Below are positions 54,502 to 64,000 of a DNA stretch of 64,000 nucleotides, piece after piece. The stretch is taken from assembly GCA_013388545.1 (NCBI GenBank), contig JACAFB010000041.1, positions 2,543 through 66,542 of the forward strand, given 5' to 3'. Position numbers and translations under genes: made by a program. The notes beneath the pieces were generated by a model, which saw only the letters and a list, made by a program, of their open reading frames with translations, searched no databases and had not been told where the DNA came from. The first letter of the stretch is position 1; each line of letters opens with the position of its first letter. The stretch comes from Ignavibacteriaceae bacterium. GTDB lineage: Bacteria; Bacteroidota; Ignavibacteria; Ignavibacteriales; Ignavibacteriaceae.

Positions 54502-54837
54502 ATGAGCAGAACATCAGAGATAAAATTTATTGTTCACCTCGATGAAAAAAATATGCCTGAAAAGATTGAATGGCAGGCAGATGACGCCGGTTTTAAAGGA
54601 GTTAAAGAATCAAAAACATTAATGCTCTACCTGTGGGATAAAAAAGAATCGGTCACTCTCAGTATTGATCTTTGGACAAAGGATATGTTTGTCAACGAAA
54701 TGAATATGCACTTTTATCAAATGCTTATGAAACTTTCAGACACATTTCAAAGAGCTACCAATAACCAGGAAATTTCTTTTATGATAAAAAATTTTGCGGG
54801 TGATTTTGCCGAGAAGTTAAAATTGTTTTCCAAATGA
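54502..54837 (+). CDS. gldC: GldC-like protein
   Basis: 111 aa. SEIKFIVHLDEKNMPEKIEWQADDAG...LWDKKE..TLSIDLWTKDMFVNEMNMHFYQ...DTFQRAT matches my recollection of Flavobacterium GldC. Confidence 0.6.
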   Translation: MSRTSEIKFIVHLDEKNMPEKIEWQADDAGFKGVKESKTLMLYLWDKKESVTLSIDLWTKDMFVNEMNMHFYQMLMKLSDTFQRATNNQEISFMIKNFAGDFAEKLKLFSK

Positions 54838-54937
54838 AAATTATTAAGATTCAAATTAAAAATAATTTAATAGAACCGGGATTTAAATTGATACAAGATT
54901 ATTTATAAATTGCATCACAAAAAAATTGGCATAATCA

Positions 54938-56293
54938 ATGGATGTTGAAATTCTTGCACGACTTCAATTTGCATTCACTATAGCATTTCATTATTTCTAC
55001 CCTCCGCTGAGTATTGGCCTTGGAATCTTTATGGTAATCACCGAAGGTTTATACCTAAAAACAAAAGATAAATTTTATGAACAGCTTACAAAATTCTGGG
55101 TTAAAATCTTCGCATTAACTTTTGCAATGGGCGTTGCTTCGGGCATAGTGATGGAATTTGAATTCGGTACTAATTGGGCAACTTACTCCAGGTTTGTTGG
55201 TGATGTTTTTGGAAGCGCCTTAGCAGCCGAAGGAATTTTTGCTTTTTTTCTCGAATCAGGTTTCCTTGCAATTCTGGTTTTCGGATGGGACAAGGTAAAA
55301 CCCAAAATGCATTTCTTTTCAACCCTTATGGTTTCACTTGGCTCAATGTTTAGCGCTGTATGGATTGTTGTTGCAAATTCATGGATGCAGACACCTGCAG
55401 GTTTTCATCTTAATGGAGAGGGGATAAATACCCGTGCAGAGATAACGGATTTCTGGGCAATGGTTTTTAATCCTTCTTCTGTTGACAGACTTCTTCATAC
55501 TCTTTCGGGATGTTGGCTTGCCGGTGCTTTTCTCGTCATTAGTGTTGGGGCATTTTACATTATTAAAGAACGTCATTTACGTTATGCTAAATCTTCAATA
55601 AAAATTGCTTTGGTGATTGCTCTTTGTGCTTCTTTATTCCAGCTTTTTACAGGTCATCAGTCTGCGGTTGGTGTCAGCAAAAATCAACCTGCGAAACTTG
55701 CGGCTATGGAAGCTGTATTCAGCGATCAGGAAAATGCTCCCCTTTATTTATTTGGCTGGGTAGATGAGAAGGGTCAGGAGGTAAATTTTGGTTTAGCTAT
55801 TCCATCTTTATTAAGCTTTCTGATCGGGATGGATTCTGAAACCAGAATAACAGGTTTGAATTCAATTCCTCCGCAGGATAGACCTCCGGTGAATATTGTT
55901 TTTCAGGCTTATCACTTTATGGTTGCGATTGGTTTCGCCTTGATTCTTATATCGTTGCTTGGATTATTTTATTGGTGGAAAGGAAATTTATTTAATCAGA
56001 AATGGCTAATGTGGATTTTTGTTCTTTCTGTTTTGCTTCCGCAAATTGCAAACCAGCTTGGTTGGATAACAGCCGAAGTAGGAAGGCAGCCCTGGATAGT
56101 TTATGGACTTATGAAAACATCAGATGGATTATCGAAAGCAGTTGAAGAAGGGCAGGTTTGGTTTTCTATGATTCTTTTCACTTTTATTTATCTGATCCTT
56201 TTTGTTTTGTTCATCTATCTGCTGGATAGTAAAATAAAACTTGGGCCTGAAGATGCTGAAATAATTAAATCTGAAATCGGACATTCAAAATAA
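54938..56293 (+). CDS. cydA: cytochrome bd ubiquinol oxidase subunit I
   Basis: LARLQFAFTIAFHYFYPPLSIGLG and GWITAEVGRQPWIVYGLMKT. Confidence 0.95.
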   Translation: MDVEILARLQFAFTIAFHYFYPPLSIGLGIFMVITEGLYLKTKDKFYEQLTKFWVKIFALTFAMGVASGIVMEFEFGTNWATYSRFVGDVFGSALAAEGIFAFFLESGFLAILVFGWDKVKPKMHFFSTLMVSLGSMFSAVWIVVANSWMQTPAGFHLNGEGINTRAEITDFWAMVFNPSSVDRLLHTLSGCWLAGAFLVISVGAFYIIKERHLRYAKSSIKIALVIALCASLFQLFTGHQSAVGVSKNQPAKLAAMEAVFSDQENAPLYLFGWVDEKGQEVNFGLAIPSLLSFLIGMDSETRITGLNSIPPQDRPPVNIVFQAYHFMVAIGFALILISLLGLFYWWKGNLFNQKWLMWIFVLSVLLPQIANQLGWITAEVGRQPWIVYGLMKTSDGLSKAVEEGQVWFSMILFTFIYLILFVLFIYLLDSKIKLGPEDAEIIKSEIGHSK

Positions 56294-56307
56294 TCTTTAC
56301 TTTAACT

Positions 56308-57336
56308 ATGGAATTTAATTTAGATTTAAACACAACCTGGTTCATTCTCATTGGTTTACTGCTTACCGGTTATGCTATCCTCGATGGCTTTGATCTTGGC
56401 ATAGGAACACTCCATCTGCTGGTTAAGGATGATCTTGAAAGAAGAATCATGTTAAATTCTATCGGGCCTGTTTGGGATGGAAATGAAGTATGGCTTGTTA
56501 CAGGTGGAGGTGCTCTTTTCGCTGCATTTCCTGAAGTATATGCTACTGTGTTTTCGGGTTTTTATAATGCTTTTATTCTTCTTTTGTTCATGTTGATTTT
56601 CCGAGCGGTTGCTATCGAATTCAGAAGCAAAAAGCCGATGAGGTGGTGGCGGCAAACCTGGGATTTTGCTTTTAGTATTGCTAGTTTTTTGATTGCTTTT
56701 TTAATGGGTGTTGCGCTTGGAAATATTATTTCCGGTATTCCCATTGGTCCCGACAAAGAATTTACAGGAACTTTCCTGCAGATGCTAAATCCTTACACAA
56801 TATTGATTGGAATAACAACTATAGCACTATTCATGATGCACGGGGCAATATATGGTGTTTTAAAGACAGAGGGTGAACTGCAAAACAGATTAAAAGGCTG
56901 GGTGAACAATACAATAATATTTTTTGTAATCTGTTATGTTACTGCCACAATGTCAACTTTAATCTATTTTCCTCATATGGCTGATCACTTCAAAGAATTT
57001 CCTTTGCTTTTTATTCTTGCATTAATAAACATGCTTGCTATAGCTAACATTCCAAGGGAAATTCATTTCGGAAGAGAAATGAGAGCATTCTTTTCATCAG
57101 CTGCGGCAATTGCCTGTCTGCTCGCTTTATTTGCTGTTGGAATTTTTCCTAACTTAGTTCTGTCAAATCCAAATCCTGAGATGAGCTTGAATATTTATAA
57201 TTCTGCTTCTTCAACAAGGACGTTAACTGTGATGTTGATTATTGCAGGAATCGGAGTTCCTTTTGTGCTTGCATATACGATTAGTATTTACTGGATTTTT
57301 CGCGGAAAAGTTAAATTAAACAATATGAGTTATTAA
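56308..57336 (+). CDS. cydB: cytochrome bd ubiquinol oxidase subunit II
   Basis: YAILDGFDLGIG and PVWDGNEVWLV. Confidence 0.95.
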   Translation: MEFNLDLNTTWFILIGLLLTGYAILDGFDLGIGTLHLLVKDDLERRIMLNSIGPVWDGNEVWLVTGGGALFAAFPEVYATVFSGFYNAFILLLFMLIFRAVAIEFRSKKPMRWWRQTWDFAFSIASFLIAFLMGVALGNIISGIPIGPDKEFTGTFLQMLNPYTILIGITTIALFMMHGAIYGVLKTEGELQNRLKGWVNNTIIFFVICYVTATMSTLIYFPHMADHFKEFPLLFILALINMLAIANIPREIHFGREMRAFFSSAAAIACLLALFAVGIFPNLVLSNPNPEMSLNIYNSASSTRTLTVMLIIAGIGVPFVLAYTISIYWIFRGKVKLNNMSY

Positions 57337-57433
57337 TTTTTTATTAATTAACTTATTCCCGAAAGAATTCCTTTTATTTCTAATTTAATGAAAATCGACC
57401 GGGTATCTTGAATCAAAATCGAAAGGAAAAAAA

Positions 57434-58015
57434 TTGGAATTTCTGCTTAGTGTTTTTGTGGGAGTCGGTCTGGCAGCCGCTGTCGGTTTCAGAATTTTTA
57501 TTCCATTCCTTATTGCGTCGATTGCAGCCTATACCGGTAATCTGCAATTATCAACATACTTTAATTGGATTGGCACTTTGCCTGCCCTTATAACCTTTTC
57601 AGTTGCCACTATTGTTGAAATAATTGCTTATTATGTTCCATGGCTTGATAATATTCTTGACACAATTGAACATCCTTTAGCGGTTATTGCCGGAATTATT
57701 TTAACCGGCTCAGTTGTAACTGATATTTCTCCTTTAATAAAATGGTCGCTGGCAATAATAGCCGGCGGTGGTGTTGCCGGGACAATTCAGGCAGCTACAG
57801 GTTTTACAAGATTCAAATCATCTGCATTAACAGGTGGAACTGGAAATCCGGTTGTATCAACTGTTGAGGCAGGTTCGTCTTTCGGTCTTTCTTTGCTGGC
57901 TATTTTCATTCCTGCTGTTGCAGTTCTGATTGTAGCTTTAATTATAATCTGGCTTGTAAGTATCTTTTACAGAAAGTTCATTCGTAAATCTTCAACAAGT
58001 ACATCGGAGGAATAA
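57434..58015 (+). CDS. DUF4126-like integral membrane protein
   Basis: 193 aa with several Gly/Ala-rich TM helices (VGVGLAAAVGFRIFIPFL...). TTG start. Family call from memory. Confidence 0.5.
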   Translation: MEFLLSVFVGVGLAAAVGFRIFIPFLIASIAAYTGNLQLSTYFNWIGTLPALITFSVATIVEIIAYYVPWLDNILDTIEHPLAVIAGIILTGSVVTDISPLIKWSLAIIAGGGVAGTIQAATGFTRFKSSALTGGTGNPVVSTVEAGSSFGLSLLAIFIPAVAVLIVALIIIWLVSIFYRKFIRKSSTSTSEE

Positions 58016-58269
58016 TGGATATTATCTGGAAAATTATTATTGGTTTTTTAGCCGGCGCAGTCGCAAAATTTTTAATGCCCGGTAAAGATCCCGGAGGATT
58101 TATAATTACAATTCTTTTGGGTGTCGGTGGATCCGTTTTATTTTCTTACCTGGGACAGTTTCTCGGATTTTACAATGAAGGCGAAACTGCAGGTTTTATT
58201 GGATCAATTGTTGGTGCAATAATTTTACTTATTCTTTATAGAATATTCTTAAAGAAAAAGGAGAAGTAA
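58015..58269 (+). CDS. GlsB/YeaQ/YmgE-family stress-response membrane protein
   Basis: 84 aa. IIGFLAGAVAKFLMPGKDPGGFIITILLGVGGS. TAATG overlap with the upstream gene. Confidence 0.85.
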   Translation: MDIIWKIIIGFLAGAVAKFLMPGKDPGGFIITILLGVGGSVLFSYLGQFLGFYNEGETAGFIGSIVGAIILLILYRIFLKKKEK

Positions 58270-58291
58270 ATTTTAAACTTTAACCTGAGAA

Positions 58292-58834
58292 TCAGGCAGA
58301 AGATACAATCTTCCATTCTCCGGGTTTCAATTTGCCAATGTTCCAGCTGCCTACGGAGATTCTTATCAACCTTAGAGCAGGAAATCCTATTGCTGCGGTC
58401 ATTCTTCTTACCTGACGATTCTTTCCTTCGGCGATTGAAATTTTAATCCAGCTAGTTGGAATATTTTTTCTCTCGCGGATTGGTTTTTCTCTTCGCCAGA
58501 TTACTGGTTCATCTGATATTTCTGCTTTTGCGGGTTTTGTGATTGCGTCTTTTAATCTTATTCCACGACGCAGGTAGTTCAAATCCTCTTCCTTAGGTAT
58601 TCCTTCAACCTGAACGAGGTATGTTTTTATCATTTTATTCTCCGGATCGGAAATTAAATGCTGAAGTTTTCCTTCATCTGTCAGAACAACGAGACCTTCG
58701 CTGTCGAAATCAAGTCTTCCGGCAGGATAAATATTTTTAATTGAAATAAAATCTGATAAAGTTTTTCTTCCTTCTTTGTCTGTGAATTGACAAAGAACGT
58801 TAAAAGGTTTATTGAAAAGTACTATCATCTTCAA
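58292..58834 (-). CDS. rluE: pseudouridine synthase, RsuA/RluE family
   Basis: 180 aa. PAGRLDFDSEGLVVLT, NRQVRRM. No S4 domain. Confidence 0.85.
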   Translation of the reverse strand: MKMIVLFNKPFNVLCQFTDKEGRKTLSDFISIKNIYPAGRLDFDSEGLVVLTDEGKLQHLISDPENKMIKTYLVQVEGIPKEEDLNYLRRGIRLKDAITKPAKAEISDEPVIWRREKPIRERKNIPTSWIKISIAEGKNRQVRRMTAAIGFPALRLIRISVGSWNIGKLKPGEWKIVSSA

Positions 58835-58897
58835 AAACAGATTTAAAATTCATCTGGTATTTTTTTAACATAAATGAAAGACTTCCTTTTTGTGGAT

Positions 58898-60052
58898 TTA
58901 CTTTTCATAAGTTATTCTATAGATAACATCTGCAAAATCATCCGAAACTAGCAATGAACCATCAGGCATTTGTTCAATATCAACAGGTCTGCCTGATACG
59001 GTTTGTCCTCTGAGCCAGCCTTCTGCAAATGTACTATAGCTTACTGAATTATTTCCATTCAGCTTGACCAGTGATATTCTGTATCCGATTTTTTCTGAAC
59101 GATTCCAGGAACCGTGTTCAGCTATAAAAACCTGATTCTTGAATTCTGCCGGAAACATTGAACCTTTGTAAAACTCCATGCCGAGCGCGGCAACGTGAGG
59201 TCCTAATTCCTGAACGGGCTTTACATAAACTGATGTATCTGCCCGGTTTCCGAACTCCGGATCCAAAATAGATTTGCCGTGCAGGAATGGATAACCGAAA
59301 TGTAATCCTTTTTGAGGTGCACGATTAAGTTCATCCGGTGGAATATTGTCGCCGAGCATATCTCTTCCGTTATCTGTAAACCATAGTTCGTGTGTGAGGG
59401 GATTCCAGTCAAAGCCAACTGTGTTACGAACTCCATTTGCAAAAATTTCTGATTCACTGCCATCGGGATTCATTCTCATTATTGAAGCAAATCTTGGATC
59501 TTCACTTAAGCATATGTTGCAAGGTGCACCAACGGGAATGTAAAGTTTTCCATCAGGTCCGAATTTTATAAACTTCCATCCATGGTGTCTTTCGGTTGGA
59601 AAATCATCTTTGATCACAATAAAGGAAGGTTTATTCCTGAAGTTGCTTTCAATATCAGGGAATTTTATTATCCTGCTTACTTCGGCGACATAAAGATCAC
59701 CGTTTTTAAGTGCAACCCCGTTCGGCATATTTAAACCGGAAGCTATCGTTATAATTTCATCTGCTTTGAAATCTTTGTCTTTATCTATTATAGCATAGAC
59801 TCTGCCATGATCTCTTGTTCCGACGAAAAGAATTCCTCCCGGGCTTAAAGCCATTGATCTTGCTCCGGAAATATTATTGGCAAAAACATCAATTTTAAAT
59901 CCTGGCGGCAGTTTTAAACCACCGGAATTTTCTTCCTGTATGGATTTACAGTTAAAAACCGAAAGGCAGAGAATTAGCAATAATAATCCATAAACCTGAT
60001 GTTGAGTTTTTTCAGAATTCATATTTATTCCCATTGATTTCAAGAAAACCAT
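58898..60052 (-). CDS. PQQ-dependent sugar (glucose/sorbosone) dehydrogenase-family beta-propeller protein
   Basis: GVRNTVGFDWNP.THELWFTDNGRDMLGDNIPPDELN and HFGYPF. A later ATG at 60022 (MNSEK...LSVFNC lipobox-like) would remove the 13-nt overlap with the upstream gene. Confidence 0.8.
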   Translation of the reverse strand: MVFLKSMGINMNSEKTQHQVYGLLLLILCLSVFNCKSIQEENSGGLKLPPGFKIDVFANNISGARSMALSPGGILFVGTRDHGRVYAIIDKDKDFKADEIITIASGLNMPNGVALKNGDLYVAEVSRIIKFPDIESNFRNKPSFIVIKDDFPTERHHGWKFIKFGPDGKLYIPVGAPCNICLSEDPRFASIMRMNPDGSESEIFANGVRNTVGFDWNPLTHELWFTDNGRDMLGDNIPPDELNRAPQKGLHFGYPFLHGKSILDPEFGNRADTSVYVKPVQELGPHVAALGMEFYKGSMFPAEFKNQVFIAEHGSWNRSEKIGYRISLVKLNGNNSVSYSTFAEGWLRGQTVSGRPVDIEQMPDGSLLVSDDFADVIYRITYEK

Positions 60053-60333
60053 TCACTTAAAAAATCCTGCTTGTTGACAGGTGTGAATTCAATGAATTCA
60101 TATTCTGCCGCACTATTAAGATAATAAGGATCGTTATTAAAAAAAGTCTTTAAAGTATTTATATCCTCAGCCCTTGCAGCAACTATACCTCCATTTCTTG
60201 GAATTCGCGGGCCGGAAAACAGAAGTAATTTTTCTTTGTAACCTTTTTGAAGATACTCTCTGTGAAGCGGGAGAATTTTATCAATCTCTTCAACAGATTT
60301 TTTATAATGAATTAAAATAATAAAGTGTTTCAT
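60040..60333 (-). CDS. YciI-family protein
   Basis: 97 aa. MKHFIILIHYKKS...HREYL...LLFSGP....GGIV.A pattern. Confidence 0.65.
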   Translation of the reverse strand: MKHFIILIHYKKSVEEIDKILPLHREYLQKGYKEKLLLFSGPRIPRNGGIVAARAEDINTLKTFFNNDPYYLNSAAEYEFIEFTPVNKQDFLSEWFS

Positions 60334-60428
60334 TCAAATCTCCGGAACTGTTTTTTTTATAGAAAGAATAAAAGAATATTTTTTATAAAGATTAAATTTT
60401 ATAGCAGAATAAATTTTAAAGAAAATTC

Positions 60429-61589
60429 TCACCGGTCTTCAATTATTTTAACAACCTCATCGTGAAGTCTTGGGCGAACTGAAAATATTTTAGGATTCTC
60501 TCTTGTAGGATAGATACGGTTCGTTAAAAAAATAACAAATAAATTTCTCTCCGGATCAATCCATACAGATGTTCCTGTAAAACCCGTGTGACCAAAAGAC
60601 TTGTTGCTGAACAGGAGACCGGCGGACGAATTTTTATCAGCATTTGTATCCCATCCCAGTGCCCTTGAACTGTTGTCAGAGTATCGTTTTATGAAAAGTT
60701 CAATTGTTTCTTTACTGATTAATCTGACTCCGTTTAACTCACCCTTATTTAACAAGAGTTGAAGTAATCTTGAAATATCTTCAGCGGTAGAAAAGAGCCC
60801 GGCGTGTCCGGCAACTCCATTTAATAGTGAAGTTGTTTCATCATGCACTTCGCCTTGAAGCTGTCTGAGACGCCAATAGTAATCATATTCTGTTGGGGCG
60901 CACCTTTCATTGTAATCATCCGGCGGATTGAAAAAAGTTGTGTTCATCTCTAATGGTTCAAAAATTTCTTCAGAGCAAAAATCATCAAAATCTTTACCGC
61001 TAACTGACTCTATAATTTTTCCCAGTACAATCATTCCAAGATCAGAATAAAGTGTTTTTGTTCCCGTTTCATACTCAGGTCTTAAAGAATAAATATCCTT
61101 AATTATCTCGTCAGGATCTGAATAAACCGGGAAATACTTTTTCCACGCTGGTAATCCGCTGTTATGAAGCAGTAAATTTTTTATTTTAATTTTTTCTTTA
61201 CCATTTTCTCTAAACTCAGAAATAAATTTGAAAACACTATCCTCAATATCAAACAGTTTTCTATCATAGCATATCATTACTGCAGTAGTAGTTGCAATTA
61301 CTTTAGTTAAAGAGGCAATGTCAAAAATTGTGTTCACCTGTACAGGAGTTGAAATTGGATCATAAGTAAAGCTGCCAAAAGATTTGTGGAAAATGGTTTC
61401 CCCGTTTAGAGAAACCAAAACTACCGCTCCCGGAAATGCACGATCGCTTATAGCATCATTAACTAACTTTTCAAGGCTATTGAAATCATAATTATTACCT
61501 TTGGATAAGTGGTTGGTAGTCTGGGCTATTATTGAAAAATGCGAAACTGAAATTAGCAGCAAGATCGTTTTTTTAATCAGGGTAAGCAT
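60429..61589 (-). CDS. serine hydrolase, beta-lactamase class C/esterase family
   Basis: Signal peptide, SxxK motif IASLTKV, YSDLG, and HTGFTG (KTG-like). Confidence 0.85.
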   Translation of the reverse strand: MLTLIKKTILLLISVSHFSIIAQTTNHLSKGNNYDFNSLEKLVNDAISDRAFPGAVVLVSLNGETIFHKSFGSFTYDPISTPVQVNTIFDIASLTKVIATTTAVMICYDRKLFDIEDSVFKFISEFRENGKEKIKIKNLLLHNSGLPAWKKYFPVYSDPDEIIKDIYSLRPEYETGTKTLYSDLGMIVLGKIIESVSGKDFDDFCSEEIFEPLEMNTTFFNPPDDYNERCAPTEYDYYWRLRQLQGEVHDETTSLLNGVAGHAGLFSTAEDISRLLQLLLNKGELNGVRLISKETIELFIKRYSDNSSRALGWDTNADKNSSAGLLFSNKSFGHTGFTGTSVWIDPERNLFVIFLTNRIYPTRENPKIFSVRPRLHDEVVKIIEDR

Positions 61590-61738
61590 TTTTTTCTCAT
61601 TAACATTTTATTTTAGAAAAATATCTAAAAACTGAACAGAATTAAAGCAAGGTTTTTGGAATTAAGTGAAGTAAAATTGCTGATGCGAATGAAAAATATT
61701 TCTTGTAGATTTCAAATGAAAATTTAGAATTTAATTCA

Positions 61739-63244
61739 ATGAGCCACTTAGAAAAATATTTTGAACCATTCAGAAAAAATATTGTGGGGATTGATAAACA
61801 TTTTTCAACTCCCTACGGCGACAAAGTACTTGTTTATGCAGACTGGATTGCCAGCGGAAGGCTTTACGGACCAATCGAGGATAAAATAAAAAACACCTTT
61901 GGCCCTTTGGTTGGAAATACACACTCAGAGTCAAGTATTACCGGAACTTCAATGACACTTTCCTATCATGAAGCTCATAGAATTATTAAAGATCACTGTA
62001 ATGCATCTTCTGATGACGTAATCATCACTGCCGGTTCAGGAATGACCGCGATGGTTTGTAAATTTCAAAGAATGCTTGGGATGAAAGTTCCTGAACAATT
62101 AAAAAATCACATCACTTTATCTGAAGAGCTTATTCCGATTGTATTTATAACCCATATGGAACACCACTCAAATCAAACTTCGTGGCTTGAAACTATTGCA
62201 GATGTAGTGGTGCTTGAACCGGATGAAAATGGTCTGGTTAATAAAGATGAGTTAATAACAAAATTAAAAAAATATTCAAACAGAAAATTAAAAATAGGTG
62301 CTTTCACAGCTTGTTCTAATGTGACCGGGATTGAAACACCGTATCATGATCTTGCTGAGATTATGCATCAGTATGGTGGTTACTGTTTTGTTGATTTTGC
62401 CTGCTCTGCTCCATATGTAAAGATTGATATGCATCCGCCCAAAACTCTTCAGTCCCTTGACGCAATTTTCTTTTCACCCCATAAGTTTCTTGGTGGACCC
62501 GGCTCGGCCGGAGTATTAATATTTAATTCGAAACTTTATAAGAATCAAGTTCCTGATTTACCAGGCGGCGGAACTGTTGATTGGACAAATCCCTGGGGTC
62601 AGCATAAATTCATCAATAATATTGAAATTCGTGAAGACGGCGGTACCCCCGCGTTTCTTCAGGCAATCAAAGCAGCACTTGCAATTAAACTGAAAGATGA
62701 AATGGGACTTGAAAAGATCAGAGAACGTGAAGAGGAACTTGTGAGCCTGGCTTTCAAAGAACTAAGAAGTATTGACGGAATTCATATTCTTGCAGATAAT
62801 GTTGAACACAGGCTTGGAGCAATTTCATTTTACATTGATAACATTCATTATAATCTTCTGGTTAAGATTTTGAACGATCGCTTTGGTATTCAGGTTAGAG
62901 GCGGATGTTCATGTGCAGGAACTTACGGACATTATCTACTCCATGTAGATAAAGAGACATCGAAGCATATTACAGATAAAATAAACGAAGGTGATTTTTC
63001 TGAAAAACCAGGATGGGTAAGACTTTCAATCCATCCAACTATGAGAGATGATGAATTAATTTTTATTTCAGATGCTATCAGACAAATTGTTAGTAATATC
63101 TCGTCCTGGGAAAAAGATTACATCTATCTTCCAGCGAAGAATGAATTCGTTCATGCTTTTGGAAATAATTCTGTAAACGAAGAGATACGAAGATGGTTTG
63201 AGTTGAAAAGTACTAACGCTGAAGGGAAAAATAATAATCCATGA
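61739..63244 (+). CDS. class V aminotransferase-fold PLP-dependent enzyme (501 aa, cysteine desulfurase-related)
   Basis: ITAGSGMTA, FSPHKFLGGPGSAGVL (PLP-Lys), and GGCSCAGTYGH near the C-terminus. Confidence 0.7.
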   Translation: MSHLEKYFEPFRKNIVGIDKHFSTPYGDKVLVYADWIASGRLYGPIEDKIKNTFGPLVGNTHSESSITGTSMTLSYHEAHRIIKDHCNASSDDVIITAGSGMTAMVCKFQRMLGMKVPEQLKNHITLSEELIPIVFITHMEHHSNQTSWLETIADVVVLEPDENGLVNKDELITKLKKYSNRKLKIGAFTACSNVTGIETPYHDLAEIMHQYGGYCFVDFACSAPYVKIDMHPPKTLQSLDAIFFSPHKFLGGPGSAGVLIFNSKLYKNQVPDLPGGGTVDWTNPWGQHKFINNIEIREDGGTPAFLQAIKAALAIKLKDEMGLEKIREREEELVSLAFKELRSIDGIHILADNVEHRLGAISFYIDNIHYNLLVKILNDRFGIQVRGGCSCAGTYGHYLLHVDKETSKHITDKINEGDFSEKPGWVRLSIHPTMRDDELIFISDAIRQIVSNISSWEKDYIYLPAKNEFVHAFGNNSVNEEIRRWFELKSTNAEGKNNNP

Positions 63245-63283
63245 ATAAATTCTTTTCATAAGTCAAAAGAAAGGAGAACTTAA

Positions 63284-64000
63284 ATGATAACCCTTGGTGC
63301 TTATGAAAAATGTCGTCTGTATATCGAAGAAAAAACCCGCAATGCACCTGATCAACATAAAGACAGATTAGTGAAGGAAGCACATCCCTGCATAACAATA
63401 TCACGTGAAACCGGCGCAGGTGCCGCTTATGTCAGTGAAAAATTGATCGATTATCTTCAATATTATTCCGATCCTGAAGAATCACGGTGGACATTTTTCG
63501 ATAAAAAGCTGATTGAAAAAGTTCTTGAAGATCATAATTTGCCGCGTACACTTAGTGAATATATGCGTGAAGATAAATATAAGCTTCTTTCAAGTGCCGT
63601 TTATGAAATGCTGGGAATACATCCATCTAAGTGGACACTTATTCAAAAAACTACTGAATCAATTTTACAGCTTGCAAGAATGGGCAATGTTGTAATTGTA
63701 GGACGCGCAGCAAACATTATTACCTCAAAATTAAGAAATGCTTTTCACGTCAGACTTGTTGCCCCGCTCGAGAACAGGATTCAAAAAATGATGACTCATT
63801 ACAATATGAGTGAGAAAGAAGCAACTGAGTTTATACGAAAAGAAGACATCGCACGAAAGAATTATGTAAAGTCACATTTCTTTAAAGATGTTGAAGATCC
63901 TACGCTTTATCATTTAATTGTAAATACAGGTTTGTATAATTATGAAGAAGCGGCTATGTTAATCGGCAATGCGGTTATGCTAAAGTTCCCCAGATTTTTT
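63284..64000 (+). CDS. cytidylate-kinase-like family protein (partial, runs off the right edge)
   Basis: AAGGAG (63271-63276) lies 7 nt before the ATG. ITISRETGAGAAYVSEKL P-loop-like N-terminus. 239 codons open to the window end. Not in the ORF track because there is no stop. Confidence 0.7.
   Translation, partial: MITLGAYEKCRLYIEEKTRNAPDQHKDRLVKEAHPCITISRETGAGAAYVSEKLIDYLQYYSDPEESRWTFFDKKLIEKVLEDHNLPRTLSEYMREDKYKLLSSAVYEMLGIHPSKWTLIQKTTESILQLARMGNVVIVGRAANIITSKLRNAFHVRLVAPLENRIQKMMTHYNMSEKEATEFIRKEDIARKNYVKSHFFKDVEDPTLYHLIVNTGLYNYEEAAMLIGNAVMLKFPRFF

Noticed and set aside
1-64000. A search by eye for CRISPR arrays, tRNA/rRNA genes, IS elements, integrases, toxin-antitoxin pairs or classical defence genes.
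   Set aside because: I found no regularly spaced direct repeats, no cloverleaf-like GC-rich intergenic segments, and no transposase, recombinase or restriction-modification signatures in any long ORF. Intergenic gaps are short and AT-rich. A covariance-model or HMM scan would be needed to be definitive.

Overview
This is an AT-rich chromosomal segment from a Gram-negative bacterium. The gene content fits the FCB group (Ignavibacteria/Bacteroidota-like): a fused lpxC-fabZ, a gldC-like gene, an S46 peptidase and a TolB/Omp85 fusion. That taxonomic call is inference. The window is almost entirely housekeeping. A same-strand block of about 31 kb (9.2-40.3 kb) carries ilvE, an alkaline phosphatase, a lexA operon, an outer-membrane/LPS supercluster (uppS-bamA-skp-skp-lpxD-lpxC/fabZ-lpxA-lpxA', heptose activation, a TamB-like giant protein), rnr, prs-rplY-pth and rpsF-ssb-rpsR-rplI. 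The flanks hold a multi-PAS hybrid histidine kinase, GTP-PEPCK, a CPA2 antiporter plus Usp, a LonC-like protease-pyk-AmrS-SDR operon, cytochrome bd oxidase and assorted enzymes. I saw no rRNA, tRNA, CRISPR array, transposase, integrase or prophage signature, and no classical defence island. The items most worth a second look are: (1) a 46-bp palindrome over a consensus promoter in front of lexA, with two uncharacterised genes (WYL-like and nuclease-fold-like) in the same operon; (2) an rnr gene split by a -1 frame change at an A7 run that forms an X_XXY_YYZ heptamer; (3) a tandem zinc-ribbon ORF with no canonical start codon that ORF callers miss; (4) tandem diverged lpxA paralogues coupled to a LipM/LplA-like gene; (5) a metalloprotease-TolB-Omp85 fusion near a TamB-like gene; (6) an AmmeMemoRadiSam radical SAM gene, without its usual partners, coupled to pyk and a Walker-degenerate Lon-like protease. 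All functional interpretations are motif recognition from memory plus gene context. No database search was possible.
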